A stretch of DNA of 64,000 bases from an uncultured Gammaproteobacteria bacterium (GTDB taxonomy: Bacteria > Pseudomonadota > Gammaproteobacteria > CAMYKB01): assembly GCA_947258875.1 (NCBI GenBank), contig CAMYKB010000001.1, forward strand, positions 120,037 through 184,036, in the 5' to 3' direction. This document shows positions 10,578-19,933 of this stretch, one piece after another. Position numbers and translations under genes: made by a program. The notes under the pieces were generated by a model. It saw only the letters and a list, made by a program, of their open reading frames with translations. It ran no database searches and was not told the DNA's origin. Every line of letters begins with the position of its first letter. Positions within the stretch are counted from its first letter, which is position 1.

Positions 10578-11075
10578 ATGGACATCCGCATCAGACACGC
10601 AGAACCTGTAGACGCCGAGGCCATACAGAAGATATACGCCACTCCAAACGCATACACAGGCACCTTGCAGCTGCCCTACCCGTCTGTCGAGATGTGGCGT
10701 AAACGTTTAACTGCAGCACCAGATGGTTTAATAACGCTTGTCGCCGCTATCAACGAGGAGGTCGTCGGCAGCCTGGGTCTGCTAACAAAACCCTCGACCC
10801 CCAGAACCCGCCATATCGGGCACATCGGTATGGGTGTACGTGACGACCAGCAAGGTCGAGGGGCGGGTAATGCGCTGGTGAAGGCCGCAGTGGATATGGC
10901 CGACAATTGGCTCAATCTGATACGCCTGGAGCTGAGTGTTTATACTGACAACGAACGCGCAATTTCACTCTATAAGAAGTACGGCTTTGAGGTAGAAGGT
11001 GAGATGCAGGCCTACGCCTTCAGGAACGGCGAGTATGTCAATGCCTACATGATGGCCAGACTGACATCCGACTGA
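10578..11075 (+). CDS. GNAT family N-acetyltransferase
   Basis: Acetyl-CoA binding motif QGRGAGNALVKAA and the general GNAT fold pattern. Start chosen at MDIRIRHAEP. Confidence 0.75.
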   Translation: MDIRIRHAEPVDAEAIQKIYATPNAYTGTLQLPYPSVEMWRKRLTAAPDGLITLVAAINEEVVGSLGLLTKPSTPRTRHIGHIGMGVRDDQQGRGAGNALVKAAVDMADNWLNLIRLELSVYTDNERAISLYKKYGFEVEGEMQAYAFRNGEYVNAYMMARLTSD

Positions 11076-11091
11076 CCACAGACAATCGGGT

Positions 11092-11835
11092 TTAATGTTG
11101 GTGGCCGGCGTGTTCCGGTTGTTGCACCATATCCGATTGCTGGTGATGCTGATGCGCACCCGGCGCCAACAGTGAATACAGACCAAACAGGATAATCAGT
11201 ATCCCTGCCACGCGCCGCACAGCATTGCTTCTCACGAGATTTCCCAGAGAGCGCGCAGCTGTACCCATCAATAGCAACATTGGCAAGGTACCGAGACCAA
11301 ATGCCAACATGATCGCCGCGCCCTGTAACGCATCACCCGAGGCCAGCGAAAACGCCAGCGCACTGTAAACTAATCCACAGGGCAGCCATCCCCAGAGGAG
11401 TCCTAGCAACAAAGCTTGCCACTTACTTTTGACCGGCAACAAACGCCGACCAAGTGGCTCTATACGCTTCCAGATGTGTCCGCCCGCGCGTTCCAACCAG
11501 GCCAGTACCGGTGTCCAACCCATGAGGTAGATACCCAGCGCAATCATGAAAACAGCAGTAATCCATTTACTGTAGATGCCGTAGCCTTCTGGGCCATGCG
11601 GCGGTAGCAGCAACTGCCCAAAGGCACCTGCCAGCACACCTGCCACACTATATGATGCAATGCGACCAGAATTGTAAGCCAATTGATAACCCAACATGTC
11701 CATGCGGGAACGACGCATCGTTTCAGGCAGGCTCATGGTCAAAGCACCCACGATACCGCCACACATGCCAACACAGTGCATGGAACCCAGCAGGCCTACC
11801 AGGAAAACTGAGAGCAAACTAAATTCATTAATCAT
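11092..11835 (-). CDS. Membrane protein of the DsbD_2 / TauE-SafE-like family (cbb3-assembly-associated, PA1547-like)
   Basis: Polytopic membrane protein with an N-terminal MHCVGMCGG motif. Sits directly downstream of ccoGH, as in other cbb3 loci. Confidence 0.6.
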   Translation of the reverse strand: MINEFSLLSVFLVGLLGSMHCVGMCGGIVGALTMSLPETMRRSRMDMLGYQLAYNSGRIASYSVAGVLAGAFGQLLLPPHGPEGYGIYSKWITAVFMIALGIYLMGWTPVLAWLERAGGHIWKRIEPLGRRLLPVKSKWQALLLGLLWGWLPCGLVYSALAFSLASGDALQGAAIMLAFGLGTLPMLLLMGTAARSLGNLVRSNAVRRVAGILIILFGLYSLLAPGAHQHHQQSDMVQQPEHAGHQH

Positions 11836-11976
11836 TAGAAATGGGTAATAGCGAAAATGTGTGATTGATATCGAATCATGGTACTAACGCCACCCGCTCA
11901 ATCAAACATTAAAAAGTCGATGACAAGTCATGATTCCTAACAAGCCTTCCGGAAACAAACATGAGTCCCAAAGCTA

Positions 11977-12498
11977 TTACTGCGGTTGCGTATTCTCCTG
12001 CGGCGCGAGATCAAGCATCCTCGACTCCGGCAACAGGATGCGTCCCGTCAAACGCCAGAACAAGTCCTCAGGCTCGAGCAGCACATGCCAGTGGCCGGGC
12101 GCCAGAGAAGGCAAGCTTGCATGATAGGTTCCATCACCAGCGCGTCGCAGAAGAAGCGTTACGTCCTGATCCTCCAGTGTAGGGTGTGTTAGCCTCAGCC
12201 TGTATTGCTGATCAGCAAATGGTTCGGCGCTGATGTTGGCCGCAACACGATTTGCCGTAAAGTCAAACTGGAGGCGCGCCTTGGCACCCAGCCGTTGCGC
12301 TTCATCGTCTCGCTCAAGGGTGCGATTAATCGCCAGACCGTCTTTGTAATAGTCATCGGCCACCAGCCCATCGGGGGCATTTATGGCGATCACCAATGTA
12401 GCAAAACCCGCCACCACAGCCGTTCCCGGAAATGCAATCAGAAACCAGGGCCAGAATTGCCTGTACCAGGATCGGTTTGATGTTGTCTGTATTGTCAC
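11977..12498 (-). CDS. ccoH: cbb3 oxidase assembly protein CcoH/FixH
   Basis: Single N-terminal TM followed by a FixH-like periplasmic domain. Position immediately after ccoG. Confidence 0.7.
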   Translation of the reverse strand: MTIQTTSNRSWYRQFWPWFLIAFPGTAVVAGFATLVIAINAPDGLVADDYYKDGLAINRTLERDDEAQRLGAKARLQFDFTANRVAANISAEPFADQQYRLRLTHPTLEDQDVTLLLRRAGDGTYHASLPSLAPGHWHVLLEPEDLFWRLTGRILLPESRMLDLAPQENTQPQ

Positions 12499-12515
12499 TG
12501 CTCCACAAACTCCGG

Positions 12516-13922
12516 TTAACGCACTGCCGCACCGATGAAGCGCGCCTCTTCTTCATGCGTGATATTCGCATCATCGGTGGCGACAAGCGTGAATTGAATA
12601 GTATTACTTGTTGCTGGAAGATCAACCGGATCGATCTGCACATATATAGGAACGTTAAGTACCTGCCCGGAACGTACTGTGAAATCACCCATGCGGTTTA
12701 TCAGCTTGATATTTTCAAGGCCACTGACTTGCAAGTGATATTGATGATCGCGCTGGTCTTTATTGATCACTTTAATGGTATAGATATTCTCTATCAATCC
12801 TTCACTGGTCTCGCGGTACAAGGCATTACGATCGCGTATTACATCTACATCGAGGGGTACGCGCTGGGTAACCGCGTACAGCAGAGCTGCCATAACCAAC
12901 AACAACATGCCACCATAGACGAACATACGCGGCCGCAAGACATGCGTCTTGGTGCCTTCGAGTGCATGCTCGGTGGTATAGCGAATCAAGCCCTTGGGGT
13001 AATCCATTTTCTCCATAACGGAGTCACACACATCAATGCAGGCGGCGCAGCCAATGCACTGATATTGCAGACCATCACGAATATCGATACCCGTGGGACA
13101 AACCTGCACACACATGCTGCAGTCTATACAGGAACCCAACCCTTTGTCCTGGTAATCGGTACCGCGTTTGCGTGAACCACGTGGTTCACCACGCTTCTCA
13201 TCATAGGAAATAATGAGCGTATCTTTATCAAACATCGCGCCTTGAAAGCGCGCATAGGGGCACATGTATATGCACACCTGTTCACGCAACCAACCCGCAT
13301 TTCCGTAGGTTGCGAAACCGTAAAATAATACCCAGAACGCCTCCCAGGGGCCTTGACTGAAATTCACAAGTTTTTGTGATAACTCGATGATGGGAGTGAA
13401 GTAACCAACAAACGTCAGTCCGGTATAAAGCGAAAATACAATCCAGATAAAATGCTTACCACCCTTGATGAACATCTTGCGGCCCGTCCATGGAGCGCGG
13501 TCAAGCTTCATCTGTCTGAGACGATCACCCTCAATCTTGCGCTCGATCCACAGAAACACTTCTGTCCATACGGTTTGCGGACAGGCAAAACCGCACCATA
13601 GGCGTCCCGCCAACGCGGTAAAGAAAAACAGTGACAGTGCGGCGATGATCAACAGTGCCGCGAGGTAGAAGAAATCCTGTGGCCAGAAAGTGATGCCGAA
13701 TAAGTGGAACTGGCGGGCGGGCAAATCCAGTAATACCGCCTGACGATCATCCCAGCGCAGCCATGGCAAGCCGTAAAAAATGCCCAGCAACACAACCACG
13801 CCCAGTGTGCGCAACCTGGCAAATATACCGTGTACTTCACGCGGGTAGATCTTGACCCGCTTCTCATAAAGCACATCTGCCATGCCGCCCTTGGGCTCAT
13901 GGAGATCAGATTTTTCAGACAT
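12516..13922 (-). CDS. ccoG: cbb3 oxidase accessory protein CcoG/FixG (polyferredoxin, cupric reductase)
   Basis: Membrane N-terminus and two 4Fe-4S ferredoxin motifs (CIDCSMCVQVCP, CIGCAACIDVC). Typical CcoG length. Confidence 0.85.
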   Translation of the reverse strand: MSEKSDLHEPKGGMADVLYEKRVKIYPREVHGIFARLRTLGVVVLLGIFYGLPWLRWDDRQAVLLDLPARQFHLFGITFWPQDFFYLAALLIIAALSLFFFTALAGRLWCGFACPQTVWTEVFLWIERKIEGDRLRQMKLDRAPWTGRKMFIKGGKHFIWIVFSLYTGLTFVGYFTPIIELSQKLVNFSQGPWEAFWVLFYGFATYGNAGWLREQVCIYMCPYARFQGAMFDKDTLIISYDEKRGEPRGSRKRGTDYQDKGLGSCIDCSMCVQVCPTGIDIRDGLQYQCIGCAACIDVCDSVMEKMDYPKGLIRYTTEHALEGTKTHVLRPRMFVYGGMLLLVMAALLYAVTQRVPLDVDVIRDRNALYRETSEGLIENIYTIKVINKDQRDHQYHLQVSGLENIKLINRMGDFTVRSGQVLNVPIYVQIDPVDLPATSNTIQFTLVATDDANITHEEEARFIGAAVR

Positions 13923-13937
13923 ATTTAAGAGGGTTTG

Positions 13938-14228
13938 TTAAGAGCCGTTTGCTCGATTTGTCAATTCACAGGGCCGTTGAAAATAGCAGGTCAACACCGA
14001 TGTTAGGGTTGTCAACAGCCACAACGAAAAGAAGCCTACGGTGTAAGCCCCAAGGCGGGAGATTTGAGGACCGCCGACACAGGCGGAAATCTCCTGAGGA
14101 TCGAACAGTGTAAAGGTAATGATGGTCGCAACACCCGATGTCAGAAATGCAGGCCATAATATCGCGATGACTCGCTGTATTACGGGGGTTGGTTTGGCAA
14201 CGGGTTTGCTCGCCTCTACACTGCTCAT
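13938..14228 (-). CDS. Small conserved membrane protein between ccoP and ccoG
   Basis: 96 aa with two predicted TM helices, tightly packed between ccoP and ccoG. No family recognised. Confidence 0.4.
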   Translation of the reverse strand: MSSVEASKPVAKPTPVIQRVIAILWPAFLTSGVATIITFTLFDPQEISACVGGPQISRLGAYTVGFFSLWLLTTLTSVLTCYFQRPCELTNRANGS

Positions 14229-14273
14229 ATACCCCAGATGATACCCTAAAAATCCCCCCAGGCAATGAGTTCC

Positions 14274-15182
14274 TTAATCTTTACTTGCCGACAGGCTGTA
14301 CACATAGGCCGCCACGATATGTACCTTGTCTTCACCTAAAAATTCCTTATGCGCCGGCATCACTCCATTGCGGCCTTCACGGATTGTCTGCTTGATAGAG
14401 CCGGGTGAAGCGCCGTAGAGCCAGATATTGTCACTCAGGCGGGGCGCGCCGATCGCCTGGTTACCACCAGCATCCGGCATGTGGCAACCCGAGCACATGG
14501 CCTGAAACTTGGGCTTGCCTGCTTCTGCCAGCACCGGGTCACTATCGCGCCCGCTGAGTGATAACACATAAGCTGCCACCTGCTCGACACCATCATCTGC
14601 CAGCGCTGCACCAAAGGACGGCATAATGCCCTTACGCCCATTCATAATACTGGCCTTTATATTTTCCGGCGCACCACCATATAGCCAGTCGTTATCGGTC
14701 AGATTGGGGAATCCCCTGGCGCCGCCGGCATCGGATCCGTGGCAGGTGGCGCAGTAGTTAAGAAAGAGACGCCGGCCGACAGCAAGGCCCTTCTCGTTTG
14801 CAATCAGTTCTTCGAAGCCCATGCCGGCGTATGCCTTGAAATATGGCCCGTACCGATCCTCGGCGCGCCTCACTTCCTTTTCATATTGGGTGGTCTGTCC
14901 CCAGCCCAGGATACCGGCATAACTGCCCAAACCCGGATAGAGCACCAGATAGATCACACCGAAGACCATCGTAATGTAGAACATGTTCAGCCACCAGCGC
15001 GGCAGCGGATTATTCAACTCAGCGAGGTCGCCGTCCCAGACGTGCCCCATGGTTTTGATCTGCTTTCCCTCCGGCTTCTTGCCACGCGACAGCCATTGGA
15101 TCAGCAGGTAACAACCTAGAATACCGCCCAGGGTCGTGATGATAATAAACCAGCTCCAGAAACTGCTCGTGAAATCAGCCAT
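14274..15182 (-). CDS. ccoP: cbb3-type cytochrome c oxidase subunit CcoP (di-haem c)
   Basis: N-terminal TM segment and two CxxCH motifs (CATCHGS, CSGCHMP). Confidence 0.9.
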   Translation of the reverse strand: MADFTSSFWSWFIIITTLGGILGCYLLIQWLSRGKKPEGKQIKTMGHVWDGDLAELNNPLPRWWLNMFYITMVFGVIYLVLYPGLGSYAGILGWGQTTQYEKEVRRAEDRYGPYFKAYAGMGFEELIANEKGLAVGRRLFLNYCATCHGSDAGGARGFPNLTDNDWLYGGAPENIKASIMNGRKGIMPSFGAALADDGVEQVAAYVLSLSGRDSDPVLAEAGKPKFQAMCSGCHMPDAGGNQAIGAPRLSDNIWLYGASPGSIKQTIREGRNGVMPAHKEFLGEDKVHIVAAYVYSLSASKD

Positions 15183-15351
15183 GGCGCTTACCCTCTTGCT
15201 GCGAAACTACCGAATCATCATCATCCAGCGGGGTACGTGCAGCTTCGTCAAATGACTGTTTGCGTTTACCACTCCATGCCCAGGAAACGATCACTATAAA
15301 TGCAATTAATACCAGTACGGTCCAGATTGAATGAACGAGATTGTAATCCAT
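15175..15351 (-). CDS. ccoQ: cbb3 oxidase small subunit CcoQ
   Basis: Not in the ORF track (58 aa). MDYNLVHSIWTVLVLIAFIVIVSWAWSGKRKQSFDEAARTPLDDDDS... has a single TM helix and lies between ccoO and ccoP. Its stop overlaps the ccoP start (ATGGCTGA). Confidence 0.55.
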   Translation of the reverse strand: MDYNLVHSIWTVLVLIAFIVIVSWAWSGKRKQSFDEAARTPLDDDDSVVSQQEGKRHG

Positions 15352-15354
15352 AGC

Positions 15355-15969
15355 TCACCTACGCTTTTTAATCGTGGTGCCGAGGTTCTGCAGATAGGCG
15401 ATCACCGCATCAAGCTCGGTTTTGTCTGCCAGCATCTGTGGCGCATTGTCGATCTCTTCATCGCTGTAGGGATGTCCCAGCTTGCGTAATACGCGCATCT
15501 TTTTCTGGATAACGCCGGCATCGGCAGGGGTTGTCGCCAACCAGGGATAGCCGGGCATAATCGATTCTGGTACCACATCACGCGGATTAATAAGATGAAC
15601 CCGATGCCACTCATCACTGTAACGGCCACCCACACGATGCAGATCAGGTCCAGTACGCTTGGAGCCCCATTGGAAGGGACGGTCGTAGACAAACTCACCA
15701 GCAACAGAATAATGACCATAACGCTCGGTCTCCGCACGGAACGGACGAATCATCTGCGAGTGACACACATAACAACCTTCGCGCACATAAATATCACGTC
15801 CAGTGAGCTGCAAACTATTATAAGGCTTAAGCCCCTCCACTGGTTCTGTGGTGGAATGCATGAAGAACAAAGGCACAATTTCAGTAAGCCCGCCTATGCT
15901 GACGACCAATACAACCATGATCATCATGAGACCGATGTTCTTTTCTACTTTTTCATGTCCTTTAGGCAT
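15355..15969 (-). CDS. ccoO: cbb3-type cytochrome c oxidase subunit CcoO (mono-haem c)
   Basis: CYVCHSQ haem motif and conserved FixO blocks. Confidence 0.9.
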   Translation of the reverse strand: MPKGHEKVEKNIGLMMIMVVLVVSIGGLTEIVPLFFMHSTTEPVEGLKPYNSLQLTGRDIYVREGCYVCHSQMIRPFRAETERYGHYSVAGEFVYDRPFQWGSKRTGPDLHRVGGRYSDEWHRVHLINPRDVVPESIMPGYPWLATTPADAGVIQKKMRVLRKLGHPYSDEEIDNAPQMLADKTELDAVIAYLQNLGTTIKKRR

Positions 15970-15980
15970 GCCTCAACTCC

Positions 15981-17402
15981 TCAATGCGCCGCTGCCGGCA
16001 AGGGGATGGGCGCCTCAACTGCACGCGCTCCCGCTACCGTCTTCCACAGGTTATAAGCCATGATCAAAGCACCTACCAGGAATAACGTACCACCCAGCCA
16101 CCTGACGATGTAGAACGGGTGCATGGCTTGCACCGACTCAACAAAGCTGTATGTCAGGGTGCCGTCAGTATTCACGGCACGCCACATCAATCCCTGCATA
16201 ATGCCGGATACCCACATCGACGCGATGTATAACACGATACCAATAGTTGCAATCCAAAAATGCGTTTCCACCAACCTCAGGCTGTACAACTCACGCCCGT
16301 AAAGACGTGGGATCAGGTAGTACATCGAGCCCATCGAAATCAATGCCACCCAACCGAGCGCACCGGAATGCACATGGCCAATGGTCCAGTCAGTGTAGTG
16401 CGACAGCGAATTGACGGTCTTGATCGCCATCATTGGACCTTCGAAGGTCGACATACCATAGAACGAAATAGACACAATCAGGAACCGCAACACGGGATCA
16501 GTACGCAACTTTTCCCAGGCACCCGACAAGGTCATGATACCGTTGATCATGCCGCCCCAGGACGGCGCCAACAGGATCAATGACATCACCATGCCCAGCG
16601 ATTGCGCCCAATCAGGCAATGCAGTGTAGTGCAGGTGATGCGGGCCGGCCCAGATATAGACAAAGATCAATGCCCAGAAGTGAACAATCGATAGCCGATA
16701 GGAATACACCGGACGATTGGCCTGTTTGGGAACAAAGTAGTACATCATCCCCAAAAAGCCTGCTGTCAAAAAGAAACCCACCGCATTATGCCCGTACCAC
16801 CACTGCACCATGGCATCCTGGACCCCTGCGTAGGCCGAATAGGATTTCAGCAAACCCACCGGTAGAGCGGCGCTGTTGAAGATGTGCAATAGCGCCACGG
16901 TAATTATGAATGCACCATAAAACCAATTGGCTACATAGACGTGTGGGATTTTGCGCTTAACGATGGTACCGAAGAAAACGAAGGCATAGGCAACCCATAC
17001 CAGGGTGATGAGGATATCGATCGGCCACTCGAGTTCAGCGTATTCCTTACTGCTGGTAATGCCCAATGGCAGAGTAATAGCCGCCAGCACAATCACGAGC
17101 TGCCAGCCCCAGAAAGTGAATGCCGCCAGCTTGTCGGAAATCAGCCTTACATGACATGTGCGCTGCACCACGTAATACGAGGTCGCAAACAGGGCAGAGC
17201 CACCGAATGCAAATATCACTGCATTGGTATGCAGTGGTCGCAAGCGACCAAAGGTCAGCCATGGAATATCGAAATTCAGCACCGGCCAGGCGAGTTGGGC
17301 TGCTATCAAGACGCCGACACTCATGCCGACGATACCCCACACAATGGTCATTACAGCAAACTGCCGCACTACCTTGTAGTTATAGGTCGTGTGTTCAGAC
17401 AT
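15981..17402 (-). CDS. ccoN: cbb3-type cytochrome c oxidase catalytic subunit CcoN
   Basis: 473 aa, 12 or more TM helices, N-terminus [19 protein letters not shown], haem-copper oxidase His ligands. Confidence 0.92.
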   Translation of the reverse strand: MSEHTTYNYKVVRQFAVMTIVWGIVGMSVGVLIAAQLAWPVLNFDIPWLTFGRLRPLHTNAVIFAFGGSALFATSYYVVQRTCHVRLISDKLAAFTFWGWQLVIVLAAITLPLGITSSKEYAELEWPIDILITLVWVAYAFVFFGTIVKRKIPHVYVANWFYGAFIITVALLHIFNSAALPVGLLKSYSAYAGVQDAMVQWWYGHNAVGFFLTAGFLGMMYYFVPKQANRPVYSYRLSIVHFWALIFVYIWAGPHHLHYTALPDWAQSLGMVMSLILLAPSWGGMINGIMTLSGAWEKLRTDPVLRFLIVSISFYGMSTFEGPMMAIKTVNSLSHYTDWTIGHVHSGALGWVALISMGSMYYLIPRLYGRELYSLRLVETHFWIATIGIVLYIASMWVSGIMQGLMWRAVNTDGTLTYSFVESVQAMHPFYIVRWLGGTLFLVGALIMAYNLWKTVAGARAVEAPIPLPAAAH

Positions 17403-17440
17403 TAAATAAACTCCTAACCGGGAGATAATTCACTTGGATG

Positions 17441-18043
17441 TTAATCAGTAAATGCAGGCGAGATACCCATTCCCCACAGGATGACGGTTGCGGCCAGCAT
17501 GGCCACCAGAAACACCAGCCCGACCGCAAGCACCGCACTGGAGAACAGAAAACCGCGATCCTCTGACACCTCCATCATGATGGGAACGCCGGTGAAGAGC
17601 AGATAGACCGTGAATGCCAGCGCAGGCAACCCGAGGATCATGTTTAACCACAGTATGGGATAGAGCTGGAAGATCCCAATCAGGAAGAGTGGTGTAGCGG
17701 TATACGCCGCCAGCACCACCGCTTGCGACAACGGCTGTTCCGCGCCGTAGGTCTTGCCCATCCAGCGGATCATGGCACCGAGGGAAATCACGCCGATCAG
17801 CATAGTAATGTAATAAAGAATGGCTATCGTCAAGCCACTGGCAAAAGTCAGTTTGATGGGCTCACCAGCGCCGATACGCCAACCAATCTGGGTAGTACCG
17901 ATAAACCCTGCGATTGCCGGAATCGCTGCCAGAAACAGTGTGTGTGAGCAGTAACACCTACCCACGGAACACTTCTCCTTATGAATTTCCGCCCACTCCC
18001 TTTTGGGATCGCTGAACAACCCCAGTATATGTTTTATTACCAT
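17441..18043 (-). CDS. Yip1-domain family membrane protein
   Basis: 200 aa with five TM helices and a Yip1-like layout. Confidence 0.55.
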   Translation of the reverse strand: MVIKHILGLFSDPKREWAEIHKEKCSVGRCYCSHTLFLAAIPAIAGFIGTTQIGWRIGAGEPIKLTFASGLTIAILYYITMLIGVISLGAMIRWMGKTYGAEQPLSQAVVLAAYTATPLFLIGIFQLYPILWLNMILGLPALAFTVYLLFTGVPIMMEVSEDRGFLFSSAVLAVGLVFLVAMLAATVILWGMGISPAFTD

Positions 18044-18305
18044 ATTTTTCTTCTATATCAATGGATTGGAAAAAACCACAGCCCTTGCAACACAAACCGT
18101 GGCACTCTAAATGAATAGCTCGGCACACCATATGCCATGCCATGCATTGAAATCTTAATCTGTATCAATTTGCATCGCAGCTAAACGCCACCGAAACATG
18201 GGGGTAAATATATTAATATATTTTAATATTCTTATTCGATAAAAATAACCCCTCATGTAATCAAACCTACTGATATCCCTATCACTTGAAGCAATGGCAA
18301 AGCAA

Positions 18306-19712
18306 CTAGATAACCTTGGAATACCCAGCTGGCTGTGATTTCTCACGCAGATATCGATCAAAGACCATACAAATATTGCGAATCAGAAAACGACCTGCCG
18401 GCAGGACAGTGATGCCGTTTTCCCCAAGCTGCAGCAAACCATCGCCCTGCATCGATTTAAGTTCGTTTAACTCGTCCGCAAAATACACCTTGAAGTCTAT
18501 CTGGTGGCTGTGTTCGATCCGTGCAAAATCCAGCTCAAAATGGCAGATCAACTGGTTGATCACATCACGTCGTAAGTGGTCGTCTGCATTCACTACAACA
18601 CCGCGCATCACGGGCATCTGTCCGGAATCCAACGCCGCATAATAGCCCGGCAGGTCCTTCAGGTTCTGACTGTAGCAATCACCGACACTACTGATCGAGC
18701 TGACGCCCAGACCCACCAGGTCACACTCACCGTGTGTAGTGTAACCCTGAAAATTGCGGTGCAGGACACCTTCGCTCTGAGCTTTCGCCAGTTCATCAGC
18801 GGGCTTCGCAAAATGGTCCATTCCTATATATGCGTAGCCTGCCGCGGTTAACTGAGCAACAGATTGTTGCAAAATTTCAAGTTTTTCCGCTGGTGATGGC
18901 AATTCATCTGCATCGATACGCCGTTGCGGTTTGAACATCGTAGGGAGATGCGCATAGTTAAACAAAGACAGTCGATCAGGGCTCATGGCGATGACCGTAT
19001 CCAGCGTCTTTGCAAAACCAGGGGGATTTTGTAGTGGCAGGCCGTAAATCAAATCGATACTGACAGAGTGGAAAGCGTTATTCCTGGCGGCTTTTATAAT
19101 TTCATTAACTTGTTGCTCTGACTGTATGCGGTTAACCGCCTTTTGTACTTGCGGATCAAAATCCTGCACACCGATGCTGATACGATTAAAACCGAGCGAG
19201 TTCAATAAGGGAATTGATTCCGCAGTCACGGTACGAGGATCAACTTCGATCGAACATTCCAATGCATCACCTTCTGCCAGATTGAAATGTTGGCGCGTGA
19301 CCTGCATCAGTTCAGTCATCTGCGCATTGTTCAGGAAGTTAGGGGTACCGCCTCCCCAATGAAGCTGCACAACCTGTCGTTGTTTCCCTAAGAGCGTAGC
19401 CTGATACTCAATCTCACGGCTGAGATAGCGCAGATATTCATCCGCTTTACTGCGATCCTTGGTAATGACCTTGTTACACGCGCAGTAGTAGCAAATGGTC
19501 GAGCAAAAAGGAATATGGAAATAAAGTGACAACGGCCGCGGACTTAGTTCATTATTACCTTGGATGGCACAGGCTTTATACTCCGCTTCACCAAACTCTG
19601 TCGTAAACTCCGCCGCTGTAGGATAAGAGGTATAGCGTGGACCTGTGGTATCGTAACGCCGGATAAGATCCGCATTAAAGGTAATTGGGTGATTTTCCAT
19701 AGCAGCACTCAT
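18306..19712 (-). CDS. hemN: Oxygen-independent coproporphyrinogen-III oxidase HemN (radical SAM)
   Basis: RYDTTGPRYTSYPTA N-terminus, radical-SAM CxxxCxxC (CSTICYYCAC), HemN C-terminal domain. Confidence 0.9.
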   Translation of the reverse strand: MSAAMENHPITFNADLIRRYDTTGPRYTSYPTAAEFTTEFGEAEYKACAIQGNNELSPRPLSLYFHIPFCSTICYYCACNKVITKDRSKADEYLRYLSREIEYQATLLGKQRQVVQLHWGGGTPNFLNNAQMTELMQVTRQHFNLAEGDALECSIEVDPRTVTAESIPLLNSLGFNRISIGVQDFDPQVQKAVNRIQSEQQVNEIIKAARNNAFHSVSIDLIYGLPLQNPPGFAKTLDTVIAMSPDRLSLFNYAHLPTMFKPQRRIDADELPSPAEKLEILQQSVAQLTAAGYAYIGMDHFAKPADELAKAQSEGVLHRNFQGYTTHGECDLVGLGVSSISSVGDCYSQNLKDLPGYYAALDSGQMPVMRGVVVNADDHLRRDVINQLICHFELDFARIEHSHQIDFKVYFADELNELKSMQGDGLLQLGENGITVLPAGRFLIRNICMVFDRYLREKSQPAGYSKVI

Positions 19713-19754
19713 TTTTTCAATAATATCAATTTAGATGGGTCAGCAGAGACACCG

Positions 19755-19768
19755 TTGATCTGAGTCAA
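19755..19768. promoter_or_regulatory. FNR/Anr-type box (TTGAT-N4-GTCAA) in the hemN / ccoI divergent region
   Basis: ttgatctgagtcaa matches TTGAT-N4-ATCAA at 9 of 10 positions. Lies about 50 bp upstream of the hemN ATG. Confidence 0.35.
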
Positions 19769-19933
19769 TGAACACCCGATTGAATCCGAGCCTTGCAGCA
19801 AGCGGAGGCACCTCAGAATACTACCTAATACGCTCCACAGCATTCCGATTTTAAGGTAAAGTGATCTTATAGTGCACACCCGTATTACTGCAACCCCAAG
19901 CCCTGGTTATCATGCCCGGGACACTCATCCGAG

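Noticed and set aside
12432-13175. 247-aa plus-strand ORF inside ccoG, and many 60-150-aa ORFs inside putA, the multi-PAS kinase, the RND permease and other large genes
   Set aside because: They lie antisense to or out of frame with strongly supported genes, have low-complexity translations and lack start signals.
17434-17447. FNR-like palindrome ttggatgttaatca (TTGAT-N4-ATCCA on the minus strand) about 39 bp upstream of the ccoN start codon
   Set aside because: The sequence is a good match, but it lies within the 3' end of the Yip1 gene, and the spacing to the ccoN RBS and ATG leaves no room for a -10 element plus leader. It may still be functional if the ccoN start is misplaced, so it was not called as a feature.
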